From: Hydrolagus colliei
Lineage: Eukaryota
Direction of reading: 5' to 3'
DNA: 64,000 bases
Assembly: GCA_035084275.1 (NCBI GenBank)
Contig: CM068757.1
Location: 5,766,001-5,830,000 of the forward strand
The notes under the pieces are model-generated. The model saw only the letters and a list, made by a program, of their open reading frames with translations. It had not been told where the DNA came from and did not search any database. The translations under genes were made by a program, and so were the position numbers. Position 1 is the first letter of the stretch. Each line of letters begins with the position of its first letter. Positions 39,197-52,525 of the stretch are shown in pieces.

Positions 39197-39500
39197 GTGG
39201 AATCCTGTAGCTCAGTGGTTAGAGCACTCGCCTCGCAAGCGAGAGAACTTGGATTCGATTCCCAGCAGGGCAAAACCTTGGGCAAGTTTCCTTACTCCAC
39301 ACGCCTGGTAATAATCCCTAAAGAAAAAACAATAATAATTTGGTCACTCAATCCATGACTGTTTGTGGGACGCTGCTGTGTGCAATTGGCTGCCGTTACC
39401 CTGTAACATGTAGCGCAATTGGCTGCTCACAATTATACGGTCGATTCACTTTACAGTATACTCTGTGAAGCGCTTGGAGACATTTTGAAGACTTGAAAAG
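39197..39500 (+). mobile_element. tRNA-headed DeuSINE with a local duplication in the Deu core
   Basis: gtagctcagtggttagagcactcgcctcgcaagcgag head; gcaattggctgc occurs twice (39382-39426); tail truncated. Confidence 0.9.
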
Positions 39501-40254
39501 TGGAGTGGAGTGTGCATGCCAATGTTTAAAGCCAGTGCATGGTATGGTCACAATCAGGACATCAATTTCTGTTACTCCAATGACAAGGCAGTAGATCTGA
39601 GCCTAACAGAAGAGGCACTGCTTGGCCTTTGCCCCCAATATGATGGCGATAACATGATAACGTTACAGATGGATGAGATGATGACACAAATCTCTCATTC
39701 GGAGAAGATGAAATCCTGCAAGACCATTAAATGAATCCTTACAGCGCAGAATCAATTTTATGAACAAAAACTCACAGATTAATGATTCGCTCGGAGAGCT
39801 GTTGAGTAATGCTTGGCTGGCAGCAACTACAAGGCAGCAATCTCACAGAGGGAGGGTTCAAATGACGTCATAAATCGCGAGAGCAAAGCTCAAATGGTTT
39901 ATGACTGTCATCTGATACTGGAGACGAGATTACAACCTTGAAATCACTCCAGAGTACCTATTATTTTCCATAATATGTGCTGAGAGGTGCAAGTGGGTTA
40001 CTTATTAGGCTAAGGATGTCATTTGTTTGCTGATGGAGTCTGTCAGTGATGGCCCTTGAGAGATCGGAGCCTCGAAGGACCCGATGCGAAACAATAACAG
40101 ATTGTGACAATCACTGCAAATTTACTGACTTCTAATCGGGAGCTGATTACCCCACCAAAAAAAATAACATATTCAATTTGCATTTCTGCAATGGCTTTCT
40201 TTAGCATAGCTGACTTGAGGTTTGGCGTGGTGGATGTTAGCACCAGTATGTTAA

Positions 40255-40437
40255 CACAAAAAAAATTGGGTCACTCAATCCATGATTGTTTGAGGAACAC
40301 TGCTGTGCACAATTGGCTGTCGCATTTCGTCCACAAAATATAGTCAACTCACTTTCCAGTATATTCTGTGAAGCTTTTTGAGAGGTCTCGAAGACATAAG
40401 GCAGGAGATTTATCAAATATAAGAATTATTATTATTA
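40255..40437 (+). mobile_element. 5'-truncated DeuSINE
   Basis: caatccatgattgtttgaggaacactgctgtgcacaattggctg...aagaattattattatt. Confidence 0.85.
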
Positions 40438-40474
40438 ACCTGGATAGACATACCTCAACACCAACAGTCTAGAT

Positions 40475-40863
40475 TTTATATAGCGTCTTTCACGTGAGGA
40501 GGGCATATCAAGCGTTTCACACATACATAGACACACACACACACCAGCAGCAGCAACAATATATTACTTTTGTGCAGCGATTTGCAAGTCAGGAGGACGT
40601 CCCAAGGCACTGGACAGTCAGGGATTTGCAGATATTTTACCAGCCAGCATGTGCAACCTGCACATTTCACGTCACCACTATAAACCTGTTAGAACATGTT
40701 GCGCTAGAGCACTCACCTATGCTCCTGAGCACAAAGTAAACATATATATATACTATACATATATATATACATACAAAAAGCAAGCCAAACTGCAGTAAAC
40801 AACGTCTTGGGACGTCCTCCTGACGTGAAAGGCGCTCTACAAGTGTGAATTTGCTGTTGTTGT
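40475..40863. mobile_element. Three short L2-type tails (two minus, one plus)
   Basis: Hairpin tail motifs at 40476-40520 (-), 40550-40618 (-) and 40795-40863 (+). Confidence 0.75.
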
Positions 40864-41858
40864 AATATTGTATCAAGAACCATAACTGTTGCGTGAGACA
40901 AACCTGCAACATAATATACCTCAGGAGCCACTGTAGACCAAGTCGACAGCTCAGCTCTCGTTGGGAAACCGACCAGAATATTCTAAATACTGTACTAAAG
41001 ATTGCCAGAGAACAGGTTCAAGGATATAACGCACTTGTGGGGTTCAGAAGACAGTGACAAACTGCTCGAGCTTCGCTGTTATTCTCCTTTTACCTGCTGT
41101 GCACTGTTCGGGGATGTGTTTTTGGCAGCACGTTGCCTGGAGGTTTGCTATTGCTACAATTCAACTTTAAGTTCCGTGCTGACCGGATAAGCTGAATCCA
41201 GATTTTTTTATCCCCAATTTCTTAATTCACTCGAAAGATGAGTCCAAACAAAATGCAGCTTTGCTTTGCACAGCCCAAAGTTTCCCCTGCACTTTCTAAG
41301 AGGCGCTGGTGATCTCCACTGAGAGATTGCTGCTAGTGGAGGCCTGATGGACCAGCTGGCCTTTTTTCTTGACCAGCCTTCTGGCTGGTCTCTTTCACAA
41401 ATTCAATTTGTGTTGAGTTTTGGGCCACTTCTGCACCAAAATGTTTTTTTTTTTAAAAAGTGCCCTTTTAGCACTTCTCCCTTTTGACAGGCAAAGTTTT
41501 GCCCTTTAAGGCAAGCCTTTAGCCTTTATATATTCATACTCCCTTCCCATTTTGCTTGATTGAAAAGCATTGATAATAACGGCAATTGTTACCATTAGCA
41601 ATAACTCAGGGGGATGAAGCAATGCAGTTGTTATTTGGAGAGAAAACAATTGTGCAAAAATGCTGTCATGAATCTTAATCCCTTTGTTATATATCAGTGA
41701 AAGTCCTTATTATATCATTGAGTGTGACGTGATGATGCTTTTCAGTCATACTACATGTTTGGATCATGGGCAACGGTAAACTGGTTTCCACATTTGCATT
41801 TGTAACGTAATGTTACACGTATGCCAAGGACAACCGTGCATCTGAAGCAGACACACAC

Positions 41859-41945
41859 AGACAGATACTATCACACACACACAAAGACAGATACTATCAC
41901 ACACACACAAAGACAGATACTATCACACACACACACAGAAAGATA
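41859..41945. repeat. Minisatellite, 26-bp unit x3
   Basis: agacagatactatcacacacacacaa repeated at 41859, 41885 and 41911. Confidence 0.9.
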
Positions 41946-44589
41946 CACAGGCAAACACACAGTCATACATACCTAGGCATCCATACACACACACACATGA
42001 GTATAGATATATATCCTGGGTGCTCAGCAGGTACTATTAAGTAAGCAGTTTGGAATGTTCTCCCAACATGAAAGGCACAATATAAATGTAAATTTGGAAT
42101 GTATTGTTCACACATACACCAATGTAAGGATTATTATTGGTACAGAACTCCCCCTGCTGACCCCATACAGATATGGCAGGGCCAATTTATTTCTATTCTC
42201 ACTCAAGATAGAAATATAAGACGATCGCACCGTGATTGCGATCACCAAACAGGTGGAAATTAAGTTAGTTTTATCTGGAAAATCACCTTGCTTCCAAAGT
42301 TACCTGCACCCACCCGCACGCACCCACTTATACACACAAACTATTAGGCAATCACACAGACAAGCAGACAGATTCATGCATGCACACACAGGCACAGACA
42401 AACACATAATCACAATCCGGACCTTGTGAACCCATCCCATCCTATTCTTTGGGACAACAGAAACTCCACATTACCACGCTGGTGCAATCGCATTCATCAG
42501 AATGAAATCACATTCATAAAATGGAATCAAGCCTTTCAACACTAAAGCATGTACTTTATCAGATTCTTTCTTTCTACCGGGGGTCAGCAAGAATCACTCC
42601 GCAGGCAAGGTTTTACATTACGTAACATGAAGAAAGTGACACAGGGACAAAGTACGACAGGATATCTTGCAGAACTGAAGCTGTGCATCTTCACATGCAG
42701 GACTCATGCCATTTGTACACGACTGTTTAAACCATCCGCGACGCTGAGCAAAATCAATACTCTTTCCTCACCAGCCTGGATCTCAGATACCAGCTGCTAC
42801 AGTAGATAAACAAATGAACCAGTTTACAATGGCCAAGTGTTAGCGTGGAAGAAAAGGCTGTGTACAGTTCACACTCGAGCGCGCTTAATTCATTCTATCA
42901 AGTTTCTCGTGGACAGGGGGAATAGATTAACTGTTTATGAAAGAACAAACAAGGTGCCCAATTCTGAGTATAACGCTCTCGAGACATCTGATATTCCACC
43001 AGTGGCATGCACGTAGGGACAGGAGAAAACTGGAACAAACATTATAATCAACATGACCGATAAATGTTCCTGCCATCTTGCTCCATGAGTTACAGGTGGG
43101 GAGACAGTGTTACGAACGCAGTTCCCAAAACTAACACAGGGTTTATGTGGCCCTCTTAGCTCTCTAAATAATCAAACTCGGGTTCAGAGAGTCAGTCCTA
43201 GATTAAATCCAGAGTCTTTTACAATTCAATAGACTTTTCATAATGAGCAGTACATAAAACCTCTTGTAAATCCTAAAAGATAGTTTCTTCTCTGTGGATT
43301 TAAAACGCACATCTTCCCATGGTGTTACTAGGGGAGTCGAATTCCGACAGAACTAAACAAGGGGACTGATTTTATGATTCGAACGGACTGATGAGGAGTT
43401 ACTCGATTAACAAGACAGACCTCTGGCTCGCACTGCGTTTTTGTGTGGGTACAAAATCACATCCTATTCTTAATGTTTAGAATGTTAAAGCTCTCGCTGT
43501 ACGCTCCGCAGGGTACCAGAGACTGACTGAATCTCTCCAATCCGCCCCTACTCGCACACAAATATAATAGGTAGATTGTGAAAGAGTTACCTTGGAAACC
43601 GGTTGACTCACGCTCGTTCCATCTGACTCTTATGGAGAAGTCACCGCTGAAGTCAAACAAACGCATTCTTAATATAGAATGGGACACGGAAACACAGGGG
43701 GGCTTTTGTTTCACTCTCAGTACAATGCTGATTTCCGAATGCCCTTTGAATCCACAAAAGTAATAACGTGCAATCGGCCTCTGGAAAGCGGGAAATGATT
43801 TCCGAGATGATCAGATGGATTTTTAAAAGCATTCAAGTCATTTCTTGAAAGCGAAATTGGTGCGTTTATCTGCAGGCCCCAAAATAATATTTCGGGGCTG
43901 AAAAGCAGCTGGTTATATGGGCCAATTTATATTCAGCACGATAACTTCCACAACGATTGTGTTTGCAAATACATTTAAGTCCACAAATATTCAATGATGA
44001 TAGCACAGCATCAAATCCACGGCTATGTTCTGATACATGTAAATTGTCCCCAGGTTTCAATTTTACTCCTCACGTAATCAGTTATAGTATTAGACATCTC
44101 AGCGAATAAAATCCTATTTAAGTAACACGCTGCCATAGACACTGCAACACCAGTCACCTCTATTGCCACTATCCAAAGTGCTCCACATAAACGTCTGTCT
44201 GTGCCCATGTGTGAAGCAATTTCCATTTGGGGCTTGCAGATAAAATACTGCTCTTTTCAAGCATGCTGCGTTTGCTTTCTCAATCACCACCTCCACCCCC
44301 ACCACCACTATCAACTTTATCAGTGGGAATATTGGCCAGTACACCGGGAGAAAGTCCCTTCTTTCTTCATGGGATCTGCAGGGTCCATTTCAACAGACAT
44401 ACTAGAGCTTGGTTTAACACCTGAGTCGAAGGAAGGCATCTCCAACAAAGTAATGTTACTTTTGATCTCCAATGCAGGGCTCCCCCATGACTTGGGACTT
44501 CAGAAATGCGTAATTCTTTGCGTGGACTGTTGGACTGACAAGGCTACTCATTACTTATTACCTTGTCCAGAAAGTGTAAACTGTTCAAA

Positions 44590-44800
44590 AACAACAACAA
44601 AATAATGTTTGTGTAGCACCTTTCATGTTGGGAGGATGTCCCAAGTCGATGGATAATCAATGTTTTGGACCCGAGCTGGGATCAGGAAGGGTGCAGGGCA
44701 GTGGGGAGAAGGAGGGTGGTCGAAGGTAAGGTGGAAAAGGAGGTGGTTTTCAGTTGGGTCTTGAAGGAGGCAAGGGAGAAAGTGAGGGACTGCGGGATGG
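44590..44800 (-). mobile_element. L2 3' end
   Basis: Reversed hairpin tail plus 'ttttcag.tgggtcttgaaggagg', the C-terminal ORF2 region seen in other L2 copies. Confidence 0.75.
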
Positions 44801-45189
44801 ACAAACATTGAAATTTATCTAACAGAACAAGACAAGCTATTTGAAGCCATGTCCCCTCTCATTGTTTGCCGCCAGAAGAACGGGAAACATCAAACAAGAC
44901 TAGATTTATGTGTATGTATATCGCTGCTCAACAATTTGTAATTAGCAATTAATCTTATCGCAAACAAAGCAATTATATGAAGCAAATCAAACACCAAGAC
45001 TCAGGTTTGACTCTGCTTTTTGAGCCAGGGAAATATGTAGATCAGTTTTCTTCACGTCAAAGGGCATTCAGCTGATTGTGATGGATAGTGACCCAAAACT
45101 CTAGTCCAGTTTTTCAATCAGCCTGATACTGTGCCTTGCCGACCACTTCTGACTCAGCTTTGATTCTCTGAAAGCGCACAGCGCAACAC

Positions 45190-45583
45190 ATATGGCTTCT
45201 TCTATTCCCCTGAGTTTAAAAGATTGTCGGGTGATTTGCTTGAGGTGTTTAAGATGATAAAGGTATTCGATAGGGTAAATGCAGCGATGCTGTTACCTCT
45301 GGTGGGGGACATCCAAACCAAGCTTGCCATAGTCTTAAAGTTAGAATCAGGCCATTTAAGAGAAATCTGGAATTTTCTCCCCACAAAAGCCTGTAGATGC
45401 TTGATCCATCCACACCTCCCAGAAGGAGTTTAATAGATTGTTGCTGGGCCAGGGTATCAAAGGATATGGAGAAAAAGCAGGAAATTGGAATTGACAGGAT
45501 TAATTGAGGTAATGATCAGCCGTGATGTAATTGGATGGTGGAACAGGCTTGAAGGCCTAAGTGGCCTACTCTTGTTCCTACGT
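45190..45583 (+). mobile_element. CR1/HER1-like LINE 3' end (ORF2 C-terminus and 3'UTR), degenerate
   Basis: Translation 'PEFKRLSGDLLEVFKMIKVFDRVNAAMLLPLVG' matches the CR1 motif (LE.RRLRGDLIEVFKI..G.DRV); ends gatcagcc...gaacaggcttgaaggcc..gtggcctactcttgttcct. Confidence 0.88.
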
Positions 45584-46823
45584 TACATTTGGCAAGATCC
45601 CGAGATAAGAAATGCAAAATGACACGTAAATCATCACTCGTGAGACCAAGAATTGATCAGGCTGCTCCATTTCCCCTTTCTTTCTGTCTCTCTGTCCACC
45701 CCCCCCCCCCCTCTCTCTCCTCAACTCTGTAGCAAAATTTGACCATGACGCCATACATCGCAATTTTCACCCACTCATTTCTTACAACTGGTTCAATGAC
45801 ATTAAGTTTCTCACAAACCAGGAGAATTTCATTCAACAGACTCGTTGGAATTTTCAGGCCTGTACTGGTTTTCTAAATCATATATCAGTTCCTCGTTTGT
45901 TTCGCCATCTTATTTTCTGTGGTAACATTCCAGATCCGTACCACATTTGCTAGATTTAAGGCTAGTTGTTAAAGAACGTTTGCTGAATCACCAAATAGGT
46001 CATTTTTTTTCATAGGTGGTGAAGAAACAACAATTGGAATAACCCATCTGATACTTTAGATAGTTAACCACTGCATCCTCTTACAGTGAATTATACATTA
46101 AATTAATTTTGCATTTCCCATTGGGAACGTGAGATGTGGTTAGATATGGACAAATGCGAACAGATGCCCTATCCTACTTTTCTACGAAATGTAAACTGAC
46201 TATGGGTCCCTCAATTATAGACAGACGTTACACTTCACGGTTCTGAGCTGGAAACAATTTAATTAGTCTAATGTGGAATTTTTAAAACCAGTTCTTTTTA
46301 TGATGCATGACACAATTGATTTAAACGCCACTGATATCATGATACGGCACTGTACCACCCAACACAGTTTGATATACAGCTTGGCACTAGGTAAGTTACC
46401 TTCTGGGTTCCTGATCAGAGAAAGTTATGGAGACAAGCGAGACATGATGTGATTATTTATATGATATGGAGTATCCTTACTTTCCATTTATTTCTTCAGT
46501 TGTGTTTCACACTCGCGGCATGAAGCAAAATCTTGATCAGCGGCATGGAGCAAATCTTGATCTTGCCATCAAATATTATTGTTCTAATAATCTTCGGATT
46601 TTCACTTTGAATTTACAGCACGATTCTGAGAGTTATTCAACTGAAGAAGATAGCTCAGCTGTTGCCCAAGAGGATCTTAATAACCTGAGCAAAACCCTGG
46701 GCGAATATCATCAGCTCTAACGACATTGTCATCATCTGTAATGGCAATTTGTAATCGGGTTATTTCCTAGTTGGAAATTTCCAAAAGGATCTGGCTGCAC
46801 TGAATTACTTAACCTAACTAAAA

Positions 46824-47095
46824 AACAACAACAACAGCAAAATTACACTTGTATAGCGCCTTTCACATCAGGAAGACGTCCCAAGGTGCTGGACAGTTAC
46901 TGCTTCAGACCCGATCTTAGGAGGTTGGGGGTAGAGGGCGGGAACGGGGGGCTTAGGAGGTGCTGATGGTCCATTGAAGAGGAGAGTCTTGAGGCGGGAC
47001 TTGAAGGAGGCTGGGGAGGAGGCGAGGCAGAGGGATTGCGGGATGGAGTTCCAGAGGTTGGGAGCAGAGTGGCTGAAGGCTCGCCCGCCAATGGT
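46824..47095 (-). mobile_element. L2 3' end
   Basis: Translation 'TIGGRAFSHSAPNLWNSIPQSLCLASSPASFKSRLKTLLF' is a typical L2 ORF2 C-terminus; hairpin tail and (TTG)n follow. Confidence 0.93.
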
Positions 47096-47654
47096 ACAAT
47101 GGTACAAAAATATTGCCACTGAAACAAAGTTAGCTTTATTGTAGCAAACTGAGCTGGACTAAACTTGGAGCCAGAAGTAACCAGAACACAAAACACATCA
47201 CCATCCTCGGCACACCATAGTCTTGCTTTGGGGCAGCTTGACATCCATCAAAGGGGAAGATTTATTTATGCCTGCTAACTCAAATGTTAGCTGTGATGCA
47301 AGTATTCATTCTTAAGTGCACAGACAGGTCCACATCGATCATTTCAGCTCTTTGATGCAAAGAATGCTGAGCCTCGATATTTGAATAGATCTTGCAAATC
47401 CGAGTTCACAAATAACGTCGGGAGTTTAATAAAAGCACAGCTTTTCCTTCTTTTCATTCAGTGGCTGAAAATTAAACCCGAGTTAAGAGACCAAGCGTAT
47501 TTATTTGCCAGCTGGTGCCTTTGTATTTAAGGTCAAAGCCGGTGCAACATTCAAATGGAAGATAATAATTGCATGCAATATGTGTCACCTCCTGACAACC
47601 GACAGGTGAACACAAAATACAATGCACCCACCGACCTGGCATTTGCTCTACTTG

Positions 47655-47733
47655 ACAGTATATCCTGTAAAGTGCTTTGAGATGTCCTCCTGATGTGAAG
47701 GGCACTATACCAAATGTAACACTTATTATTATT
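47655..47733 (+). mobile_element. SINE 3' fragment with an L2-type loop
   Basis: cagtatatcctgtaaagtgctttgagatgtcctcctgatgtgaagggcact...ttattattatt. Confidence 0.7.
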
Positions 47734-48202
47734 GTATTTATTAATTTCCATTCGGCTCCTATTCCACCCAGTACTACTTGCAATTCCCAATCCAAGAAGA
47801 AACACACGCAGAATAATGGTTAGCTTCTAGTGGTATGAAAGAGAGCAAATGGCTTTTTAAGTACATTAGAGATGCTATAAGCGTAGATCGTCCTCAAGAA
47901 CTTTACAGCTTCATTTCTTCATCACAGCCTGATTTATTCCGCAGCGCCGTTCACTTTGCCTCAGCAGCTCTCAAACCCAATTTAGTGTGTTTTGAACTCT
48001 ATTCAGAGTCATATCAACGTGAGAGGCACAGTATAAATAAGTCAAGATTCGATTTGCGGAGGCTTCAACCGTATTTAGCATACGGTCGTGAAGCACAAAC
48101 AGCACCCAATGCAGACACTGCGGTCATTTCCAAACAGGATTGTAACAATAGTTTGAATTGTTCTTCTGCAAAGTTTTCCAAAATGTTAACAGATTATTAA
48201 CT

Positions 48203-48700
48203 ACAACAACAACAAAATGACATTTGTATAGCAGCTTTCACGTCAGGAGGCCATCTCAAGACGCTGGACAGAGAGCGTTCCGGAACGAGCTGGGGTAGGG
48301 TTTGGGGAGGGTTGTAGGCAGGGCGGGGAAGGAGCTTGAATGGCTGAAGGTCTGCCCGTCAATGGTGGGGTGGGTGAGGCAAGGGGATGTGAAGCAGACT
48401 GGAGCCCGATGAGCGAAGGGAGCAGACAGGTTGGTTGGGGTCAAGAAGTCGCAGAGGTCTTTGAAGGTGAGGACCAGGATCTTGAACTGTGTCCTCTGTG
48501 TGATGGGAAGCCAGTGGAGTTGGGCGGGGTTGGGGTTGATATGGTCTTGGAGCCTAGTGCAGGAGAGGACATGGGCTGCAGCTTGTGGAGAGAGGCATTG
48601 GGGAGCCCGACAAGCAAGGAGTTCGCATAGTCAAGCCTGGATGTTATGAATGCATTTGTGAGAGTTTAGGCGGAGTTGGGCAATGTTGCGGAGGTGGGGG
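48203..48700 (-). mobile_element. L2 3' region, degenerate ORF2
   Basis: Minus-strand motifs 'SRLDYANSLLVGLPNASLHKLQ' and 'HWLPITQRTQFKILVLTFK', followed by the hairpin tail. Confidence 0.9.
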
Positions 48701-49117
48701 TTTAATCAAGATAAACTTGAAATTGACAACCCCTAGCAGTTTAGCATCTTGTGAATTGTCCAGCCTAGTTATGCAGGTGTATGCCATAGCTCAAAACGCC
48801 AGGTTTACATTCCTGGAAGCCTTTACACTGAGGAAGCACAAATCACATTCACTTCCAGCATAAGGACCCAATGACATTGTGGTGCAAGCACGTGCAGCTC
48901 TGAGTCTGCCACACAACTACCTGGCTGCCAGATAAATCTGTGATGATCAGAGACAAAGATCTAGCAACTACTCGAAAACAACGTGTGCGTTTCTTGGATC
49001 AAAGCAAATGAATACTGACGAAAAGAAGAAGTGAAGGAAAGCGCTGTTGCCACCACCCTCTCAACTTTGCCTTCCTGGCTAAAGGAGGATGTGTGGAATT
49101 ACATTGTCAGATGGCCT

Positions 49118-49159
49118 GGGTTGGGTGGGGCGGGGGGGGGGGGGCGGGGGAGGGGGGGG
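49118..49159 (+). repeat. G-rich run (potential G-quadruplex)
   Basis: Multiple G3+ tracts: gggttgggtgggcggggg... Confidence 0.75.
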
Positions 49160-51764
49160 AAATGTACGTTTAATTCATCGTAAAGGTCGGCTCGATTTCA
49201 ACTCCATCATTAAGAATTATATTTGTAAGAGACCTCTGGTGGGTGCACAGCTTCAAAAAGCAACCCACACAATTATTATTGACTCCATCAAGCTTGCAGG
49301 TACTGTAACGAGCTTCACGATTGGCTCTTGCAACTTTTGGTTGCTGAGGGCATCTCATTTCTGCTCCACTGTGAATTTAATGCTTTAGAGTGCATGGGCG
49401 CATTACAAAGTCAATAAGCTTCCACGAGCAATGCAATTTGGACTGCACGGATTTCCTCTACACTCATTTTGTTTTCACATTAAAAACTCCCTTGCAGGGA
49501 TGCAAATCAACTTATTAGGACAATCAAAGGTTTAGATGGGAATTAATTGAATTGGCAATAATCGTCATTTAACTAAAACCTAAATAGACTTGTACAAAAG
49601 TGCCAAGTTTTATTAGAGTGTGACGGGCTTTCCTATTTAAATGACACATCACAGCGAGTCTTTTAGCTCAGCAAGAACACAGGCTTGGCAGGGACCAAGC
49701 GAGGGTGACTAATTTAGTTGTCATTTTATGGTTTGGGAGCCGAAAGCTTGTAGAACATTTCTTCGAGACCCAGAAAAACAATAATGTATTCTAATGTGAT
49801 TTAAATTAACTGGACACATGCTCCCAGTGACAATTATGCAAAACTGTTTCGATCCTTAGAGCTAACAAGAAATTAACACTGTAAATGTAGTGTGACTGAA
49901 AGCCTTGCAAAATTAGGGATTCTTAGGCTATGTATGCTTGGAACATGTCAATTAGCAATTCAGTATTGGGGAAGCGGCATGCCACAGTCTGATAGACAGA
50001 GCAAGTAACGTCTAAATGTTGTTGCGATTTATCATCTAAAAATCTATGTGCTTTATAGGCTTCAAAGCACCCATTATTATGTCTAAGCAGCAAGGGTGAA
50101 GTGGTTTGGTTTAAACCAAGCCGTGTTTAAACTCCCTAACTTTTCAGAATATATCCTACCAACCTATCCATTTCCAATTTTGGCAGGACAGTAAAATGTG
50201 ACCGGGTAGCTCCTGTTTACATCTGCCTTAAACATCAGTTTACAATATAATGCCTGCACTTTAGTAGGATATTTTTCAGGGTGAGTGAGCGGAAGATTTA
50301 TTTCGTAGCTCAGCCAGTCATTTAGATAACTAGATCTTCAAACACTTGTTTGAGATGCACCAACAAGTACAATTTTGAGTAAACTCAAACTAATACAGTC
50401 ATTCAATGGTCTGCAAGTTGTTGGCCATGGAAAAGTGGACATAAAATCATTTTCTTCCGATTCAAACAGGACAACGATATGGTAAAGAATCCGGAAACCA
50501 TTGTGGACAAAGAATAATGAAGATATTTACTCACAATGCACTATATCAGTGGACATCATATTGTAATGCTGGCCAGCTGTGGCAAGTGATTTGACAAAAG
50601 AAGCAAGGAAGGCAGGATTTTCATCAGCTACAGACTGGAAGAGATAAACACTTTTGTTTCCACAAAACAGGTTCCATCACTCTTTCAGTTATTATCCCCC
50701 TAAACAGCAGCTACTACCTTTCTAAATCCAAACCCACACAGCAACCTGTTTATCATCACACCCTTTCTAACTCTGGTTTTATTTCATATATTTATCAAGT
50801 ACACAAAAGCTCCATTGACAAATACTGCCTTCACTACCATCTGTCTTTTCCAAATTAAAGCCATCATAAAGCCCAGGTTTAAGAAACTGGAACAAACGGC
50901 TGATGCAGTTTGGAGGTACTGAACAGTTCTGATTGGCGCTGTGGCTCATAGCAAACGTGCATGAAAACTGAAGATATTCTAATGGCGAGATTTATCAAAC
51001 GTAATAAAGTTAACAAGAAACACTCGTCAGTTTTGATTTGATGAGTAGCAAAACCACCCAGGTTATTTAAACTTCCTTCACAGGAACCCGTCAGTGCAGT
51101 ACTTTCTTTGAAGCTCTGTGTGGTGACGCTGAGCGATATCCCTAATTAATTTCCCATTACATGCAAGCATGGTCAGTGATAAACTTTCTGCCACTTAGTC
51201 CCAGATGTAAAAAAGTAACAATCACTAAAGGCTATGTGACTCATATAGATATTATTATATGGGCTTGTTGAGAACATCTGCCTTAACAGATCCCTCAGTA
51301 AGTAATTGGAAGTGGAAGATTATCAATACTCCACTATGAACAAGTAGTTGTAACAGATACAGCCCCGATATACTATAGTTTTCTTTTGGTGGAGCCTTAG
51401 AGTGAAAGACACTGTTATCTGATTTGTGGGTATGCAGCTGTTAGAAACCTATCGCTCTTGTCACTCAACATTACGTTAACTATGCTGCATGTTATGTAAA
51501 AGATATCCAATAAAAGGTTAACAATTTAATGAGCTTGAATTTAATGGACTTAATATTTAAGACGCATTTAATGTGGAACAATTTTGCTTTGGGTTGCAAC
51601 ATTGTTTTATTCTGAAGATAATTTAAAAGCCCTCAGTGATAGTCCTTTCAATGTGCAGAGCGCGAGTTGAGTTATGGAAGATAACAGAGATGGTAGGTGA
51701 CATTTTCAGTGTACAGTGAATCCCTAGGCATGCGGACTGCATCCCGATGTAAGTGGCAGCAAAT

Positions 51765-52041
51765 GCGGCAGCTAACAACAGCAATGGCCCACAAATAGCC
51801 ATGAAATCAGATCAACTGCAATTGCTGACCAGGGCATTCGGAGATATTCCATTCGCTTTTTAAGCTTTTGAACAATAACAGCAACTTTAATTATATAGGG
51901 TGCTCAAATCATGCAGGGCTCACACCAGCACTCCGCTGGAGCATCAGCTTGGAGTATGAGCTCAAAGTCCACAAATGGGGCTTGAAACCACAACCTTCTA
52001 ATTCAGAGGAGAGTGTGTTTCCAACCCAGCCCTGCTGGCAC
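51765..52041 (-). mobile_element. Old SacSINE1/AmnSINE-like SINE with tRNA head
   Basis: The reverse complement reads ggtgccagcagggctgggttggaaacacactctcctctgaattagaaggttgtggtttcaagcccc, the SacSINE1-type head as I recall it; Deu remnant downstream. Confidence 0.6.
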
Positions 52042-52234
52042 CTCAGAAAAGGCAAATAAAAATCGCCCGCTTTGGGTACTGCTATTTAGGATGCATACAT
52101 AAATATATGTGTCTGATTAAGGTACGTGACTTACCTGGGCCGACACACATGTGGTAGACAGCTCCAGGGAACAGGTAGAACAGTGACATGTGTCTGTTGC
52201 TGAATCCCTCTCTCTCGAGGGCTGTTGGTCAGTT

Positions 52235-52525
52235 CCTAGAAACTTTTATGTAATGATGTGAACCCTTCAATGCAGTCCTGACCTGCTGTATGCAATTCGA
52301 CGTGGATGACTGACTGATCCCTGCATAATCTGTGAAAGCGGCTTGGAACGATCGCATAGCATAGAAGTTAATAGCTGTGACCTTTACAGCTACTGGTAAT
52401 ACAGGGAGGGTACAGATTGAGTTTGTAAGTTGCTCTACAATTCTGCACACAGGTCAGACACAATTTGTCTGGCGAGTTTAAATCTCCTCAGGCGCTACCT
52501 TTCTACCAAAAGAGAGAGTAAGATA
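52235..52525 (-). pseudogene. Harbinger/PIF transposase fossil (HARBI1-like N-terminal region)
   Basis: 'ER*RLRRFKLARQIVSDLCAEL*SNLQ', a frameshift, then 'LPVAVKVTAINFYAMRSFQAAFTDYAGISQSSTSNCIQQVRTAL', which aligns by eye with HARBI1 '[38 protein letters not shown]'. Confidence 0.85.

Noticed and set aside
45191-45213. miR-135-like sequence (tatggcttcttctattcc)
   Set aside because: Mismatched, no precursor hairpin, and part of the CR1 ORF2 remnant.
47835-48200. 121-aa ATG-initiated ORF
   Set aside because: No homology or motif recognised; this length is compatible with chance in 64 kb.
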